Shown here: one piece after another, positions 32,656-35,796 of the stretch
How positions within the stretch are numbered: the first letter of the stretch is position 1
Layout of the letters: each line of letters opens with the position of its first letter
Source of the DNA: Corallococcus terminator
GTDB lineage: Bacteria > Myxococcota > Myxococcia > Myxococcales > Myxococcaceae
DNA: 35,796 bases
Assembly: GCF_003611635.1 (NCBI RefSeq)
Contig: NZ_RAVZ01000061.1
Coordinates: 1 to 35,796, forward strand
Reading direction: 5' to 3'
Position numbers and translations under genes: made by a program
Notes under the pieces: model-generated
What the model saw: the letters and a program-made list of their open reading frames with translations, nothing else
Databases searched by the model: none
Told to the model about the DNA's origin: nothing

Positions 32656-33672
32656 CTACATGCTGAGTTGCGGGTCCCTCGCCGCTCCCCAGTCCTTCAC
32701 GCCCACCTGCCCCATCGAGGCGGCGACGTCCTCTCCGGGCTTGGGCTTCGTCTTACGGACGGCCTCGAGGTCCTCGAAGTTGAACTTCGGGTAGATGAGC
32801 CCCGCGAACACGTAGTCCGTCACGTTGATGTCCAGGCCGCCCAGGATGGGTTGCCCATCCCGGGTGATGGAGCTGGGCAGTTGGTAGCACATGATGGACG
32901 TCTGATCCGCCGGGGTGGCGAAGATGGACTGATCATCCAGCGGGGTGAGCACCTGCTGATCGACCGTCTCCTTGTCCCAGCCCTGCGTCGCGAGGAAGTA
33001 CGCGTAGGCCTTGTCGGGGTCGATTCGCGCCACCAGTTCGCGCCGCATGTGTTCGTGCGGGAAGCCGAGCGTGTGCCCTGCCTCATGCCGGACGACGCGG
33101 CTGTATTCGGAATCCGGGGTGCTCATCGTGAACCCCTCGAGGTTCATCGTCGGCTCGTCGGTCGGGATGAGCTTCACGTCCGTCCCGAGGTACGACCAGT
33201 AGCCCCCCGGCCCCCGGGAGATCCGGATATCACCGGTCCCATTCGTTTCGATGAAGGAGACACCGCCGCTCGTCGCCCAGGCATTCAGGTGGCTGACGAT
33301 GCGAGCGCGGAGGTCGGCCGGTGCGGACTCCATGAAGCTGACGGTCAGCTCGCGGGTGGCCGGCCCCCAGTACTTCGACGTCAGGAGCGCGATCCGCAAC
33401 GGATCCAGCGGGAGGTCCGCGCCCACGGCGGCCATGGGCCCTGCCTGCGGAGCATTGACCGGGTTGATCTTCCTGGCGACCTCCGCCGCCTTCACCAGCA
33501 GGCGGCTGGGGAGGACCTTCAGCGAGCAGCCGCCCCGGCTCGCGGGGGTGACCACCACGCGACCATGGCCATTGCCATGCTCACGCTCCGATGGCTTGTA
33601 TTCCTGTGTCGCCTTCCGAGCCAGCTCGGCAATCTTTAGCAAGGCGTCACGGTACCGCTCTGTTTCACTCAT
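32656..33672 (-). CDS. Astacin-like (M12A) zinc metalloprotease without recognisable signal peptide
   Basis: 'VRHEAGHTLGFPHEHMRRE' matches HExxHxxGFxHE. The Met-turn is 'TSIMCY' (astacin SxMHY). The N-terminal ~100 aa are hydrophilic. Confidence 0.8.
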   Translation of the reverse strand: MSETERYRDALLKIAELARKATQEYKPSEREHGNGHGRVVVTPASRGGCSLKVLPSRLLVKAAEVARKINPVNAPQAGPMAAVGADLPLDPLRIALLTSKYWGPATRELTVSFMESAPADLRARIVSHLNAWATSGGVSFIETNGTGDIRISRGPGGYWSYLGTDVKLIPTDEPTMNLEGFTMSTPDSEYSRVVRHEAGHTLGFPHEHMRRELVARIDPDKAYAYFLATQGWDKETVDQQVLTPLDDQSIFATPADQTSIMCYQLPSSITRDGQPILGGLDINVTDYVFAGLIYPKFNFEDLEAVRKTKPKPGEDVAASMGQVGVKDWGAARDPQLSM

Positions 33673-33783
33673 GGCTCCACCTCCACTTATCCCTGAGGGA
33701 AAACTGGAGACGGCGCGTGCGCCAACAAGGCCACGAGTTGGTTTCAGGCCTTCCGTGCGCCGAAGCGTTTCAGCCGACGGCCG

Positions 33784-34779
33784 TCAGAGGAGCCGCTGCA
33801 GTTCCTGGGTGAGCACCTCTTCCAGGTGCCGGATGCTGCGATAGACGAGGCAGCGATAGCTGGACACGTCGAATCTCAGCTCCCGCACGTCCCGCACCAG
33901 CAGCAGCGTGGGCTTGCCCCGCCCCCAGGCGTACCCCACTTCCAGATACACATTGGGGTTGGCCAGCGACAGGTCCGCGATGACGACCTTCGCGGTGTCG
34001 ATGCGGTCCCGGATGCGCTGGATGATGGGGCCGTCGAAGGTGGCCTGATCCACGCGTTCGCAGAGCAGCCCGGCGGACTTCACCGGCCCCAGGATGCCGT
34101 AGTGGTAGGTGTCCTCCAGCTCCGGCGCGAACGGCATCGCCACGAAGGCATGGGGCTTCTCATTCGAGTTCGCGCCCGCGCTGGCCATGGGCGCCGCCGC
34201 GACGAAGCGTGACGTGCGCCGGACGCGAAAGCCCATGCCGCCGGGCAGGGGCTCTACCCCCGCAGTGGCGCCCAGGCCTGTCGCCAGGGCCTTGCGCATC
34301 CGCTCCACGCGCTTGGGATTGATTTCCACCACCGTGACGCGCTCCAGGTCGCGCGGCCCCACGCCCCGCTGGAAGGCCTCCACGAAGCCGCCCACCAGGG
34401 CCAGCACCGCTTCGTCCTCGTCGAGCCCATAGTTGGGCCCGTGCACCGTGCACGCGAGGTGGCGGAGCGTCGGACGCGGCTCCAGGAGTTGAAGCGCGCG
34501 GACGGAGAACTGGCGGATCTCGTGGTAGCCGAACTGACGCAGGCGCACCGTGCCCAGGAAGAGCACCCAGGGCGAACCCAGGCCGCCCCGGGTCTCGATG
34601 AGGCGGTGGTCCCCGGGAAGCACCGTGAGGGTGTCCGTGGCGATGCCCACCCCTTCCAGCCGCCGGGCCACCGCGCCGTCCGCCCCGTGGAAGCCCTGCG
34701 CATACTTCAGCAGGACGGCGTCCGCGGCCGTCTCTCCCACGTCCCCCAGGTCCACGACGACGTCGAGTGTGTCTCCCAT
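33784..34779 (-). CDS. Macro domain fused to a SLOG-superfamily nucleoside 2-deoxyribosyltransferase-like (TIR-like) domain
   Basis: I take the start at 'MGDTLDVVVDLGDV' (34779). The upstream ORF frame translates as R/S/P-rich junk. The N-terminal half matches the macro pattern ('DLGDV..AADAVLL.YAQG..GADGAVARRL', 'LRHLACTVHGPNYGLDEDEAVLALVGGFVEAF'). The C-terminal half matches the NDT-like pattern ('HAFVAMPF...VVIADLSLANPNVYLEVGYAWGRGKPTLLL'). Confidence 0.75.
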   Translation of the reverse strand: MGDTLDVVVDLGDVGETAADAVLLKYAQGFHGADGAVARRLEGVGIATDTLTVLPGDHRLIETRGGLGSPWVLFLGTVRLRQFGYHEIRQFSVRALQLLEPRPTLRHLACTVHGPNYGLDEDEAVLALVGGFVEAFQRGVGPRDLERVTVVEINPKRVERMRKALATGLGATAGVEPLPGGMGFRVRRTSRFVAAAPMASAGANSNEKPHAFVAMPFAPELEDTYHYGILGPVKSAGLLCERVDQATFDGPIIQRIRDRIDTAKVVIADLSLANPNVYLEVGYAWGRGKPTLLLVRDVRELRFDVSSYRCLVYRSIRHLEEVLTQELQRLL

Positions 34780-34807
34780 GGGCACGGAACTGTAGTCAGT
34801 CGTGCCG

Positions 34808-35512
34808 TCAGGCTCCAGCCACCGGCAGGAAGCGGTCGAACCAGCCCAGGGCCTCATCCCAGACACGCCCCCAGCCTGCTTCGGTGAAGAGGTGTCCTTC
34901 GCCGTCGTGTTCAACGGAGCGAAGCCGCTCGGGGGCGCTCGCGTAGCGCGGCGCGAGCGCATGGTGGAAGGCCCGCGCGTCCGACGCCGGCACCAGGGTG
35001 TCCGCTGCGGCCGTCTGCAAGAGCAGCGGCGTCGGGAAGTATCGCTCCAGCCGGGCGTGAGGCCGTGGCGGCGGAGCAACCACGCTCACGGCCGCGTCGA
35101 GCACCGCACCGGCTTCGATGGCGCCAAAGAGGATGGCGCCCCCCAGGGAGATGCCACAGGCACCCACCGCGCCCGGCCGCGACCAACCCAATTCGGCGAG
35201 GACCCCGAGCACCGTGGGAAGCTCCAAGGCGGCATGCGCGACGAGCTCCGCGAAGCTGTCCGCCGCGCGGTCGGGAGCGAAGCGGTGTTCGAAGTCCGGG
35301 TGGCGCCGCTCGCCATGCCCCACCGCGTCAAGGATCACCGCGACGTACCCATGCCGGGCCAGCAGCCGCGCCTCGGGGCGCTGGACCTCCTTCGACGCCC
35401 CCAGCCCGTGCAGGAGCACCACCGTGCCCCGGAGGCCCGGCGCAGGAGCCGGTCCCCCGCCGACAATCAGGGCCGGTGCGTCCGCGAGCATCACCCGTTG
35501 CTCTGACGACAT
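34808..35512 (-). CDS. Alpha/beta hydrolase (dienelactone-hydrolase-like esterase)
   Basis: 'VVLLHGLGASKE' precedes the nucleophile elbow 'GACGISLGGAI'. GGGAGGTG lies 5 nt upstream of the ATG at 35512 (the ORF track uses the GTG at 35518). It is 28 nt upstream of the macro-SLOG gene on the same strand. Confidence 0.8.
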   Translation of the reverse strand: MSSEQRVMLADAPALIVGGGPAPAPGLRGTVVLLHGLGASKEVQRPEARLLARHGYVAVILDAVGHGERRHPDFEHRFAPDRAADSFAELVAHAALELPTVLGVLAELGWSRPGAVGACGISLGGAILFGAIEAGAVLDAAVSVVAPPPRPHARLERYFPTPLLLQTAAADTLVPASDARAFHHALAPRYASAPERLRSVEHDGEGHLFTEAGWGRVWDEALGWFDRFLPVAGA

Positions 35513-35694
35513 GATCACCTCCCGACTCTCCCATCAATGCCTTGCACGCGCCAACGCGTTGTATGGCAGACTGGACAACCGCAAGGCTTTGCACGTGGAA
35601 GCCTGGCTGCCTGGCAGGCTTTTCAACCACCCTCTCGAAGGGTGTGAACCATTTCACTGCCCCTGTCGGACCCAGTCGCTAGCGTCCCGGCACC

Positions 35695-35796
35695 ATGTCC
35701 CTGTTCGCGCGCCTCCAGGCCCTGCTGTCCGCCCACCCCGCCGCCCCGGAAGCACCCGCCGGGCAGGCGCCCGCGACCGCTGCTTCACCTTCCGCC
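35695..35796 (+). CDS. Possible 5' end of a gene running off the window (MSLFARLQALLSAHPAAPEAPAGQ...)
   Basis: An ATG at 35695 opens a frame to the window edge. There is no clear RBS, and only 34 codons are visible. Confidence 0.2.
   Translation, partial: MSLFARLQALLSAHPAAPEAPAGQAPATAASPSA

Noticed and set aside
35519-35694. Looked for sigma-54 (TGGCAC-N5-TTGC) or sigma-70 promoter elements near 'ctggcaggcttttcaacc' and 'tttgcacg'
   Set aside because: The matches are too degenerate to call without a position weight matrix scan.
1-35796. Checked for CRISPR arrays, IS elements/transposases, integrases, rRNA/tRNA genes, toxin-antitoxin pairs
   Set aside because: There are no direct-repeat/spacer arrays and no DDE or tyrosine-recombinase motifs. 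No RNA-gene signatures were seen. The only repeats are the in-frame 36-nt array, the tandem lipase paralogues and the pseudogene fragment.

Overview
This 35.8-kb window is gene-dense and very high in GC (about 70%). It looks like a chromosomal segment from a myxobacterium (Myxococcus/Corallococcus-like): one protein ends in a MYXO-CTERM-type sorting tail, lipoprotein signal peptides are frequent, and the gene content is rich in secreted hydrolases. I found no rRNA, tRNA, CRISPR array or recognisable transposon. I call about 33 protein-coding genes, and many of the long six-frame ORFs are antisense artefacts of GC-rich DNA.

Secreted hydrolases (also typical of predatory myxobacteria):
- an M1 aminopeptidase;
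- an S9A prolyl oligopeptidase;
- a peptidase-S13 D-Ala-D-Ala carboxypeptidase (PBP4);
- an astacin-like metzincin;
- an HExxH metalloprotease with a MYXO-CTERM tail;
- two tandem GDSL lipases;
- three alpha/beta hydrolases.

Most notable items:
1. A full-length bacterial homologue of the eukaryotic major vault protein (18116..20407, minus strand). It lies in a same-strand cluster with two tandem GDSL lipases and two small hypothetical ORFs that look RdgC-like by eye.
2. A fusion of a macro domain with a SLOG / nucleoside-2-deoxyribosyltransferase-like domain (33784..34779), next to an alpha/beta hydrolase. This architecture suggests ADP-ribose/NAD-derived nucleotide processing.
3. A translationally coupled pair made of a lipoprotein with TDAGT tandem repeats and an HExxH protease carrying a MYXO-CTERM-like tail.
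4. A decayed, internally deleted partial duplicate of the downstream fold-type-III PLP enzyme gene, with microhomology at the deletion junction.
5. A long-form biopterin-type aromatic amino-acid hydroxylase with a C-terminal extension of about 240 aa and a LysR regulator.
6. An ArsR–cytochrome P450–ABM monooxygenase unit.

All family assignments come from motif recognition by eye, not from database searches.
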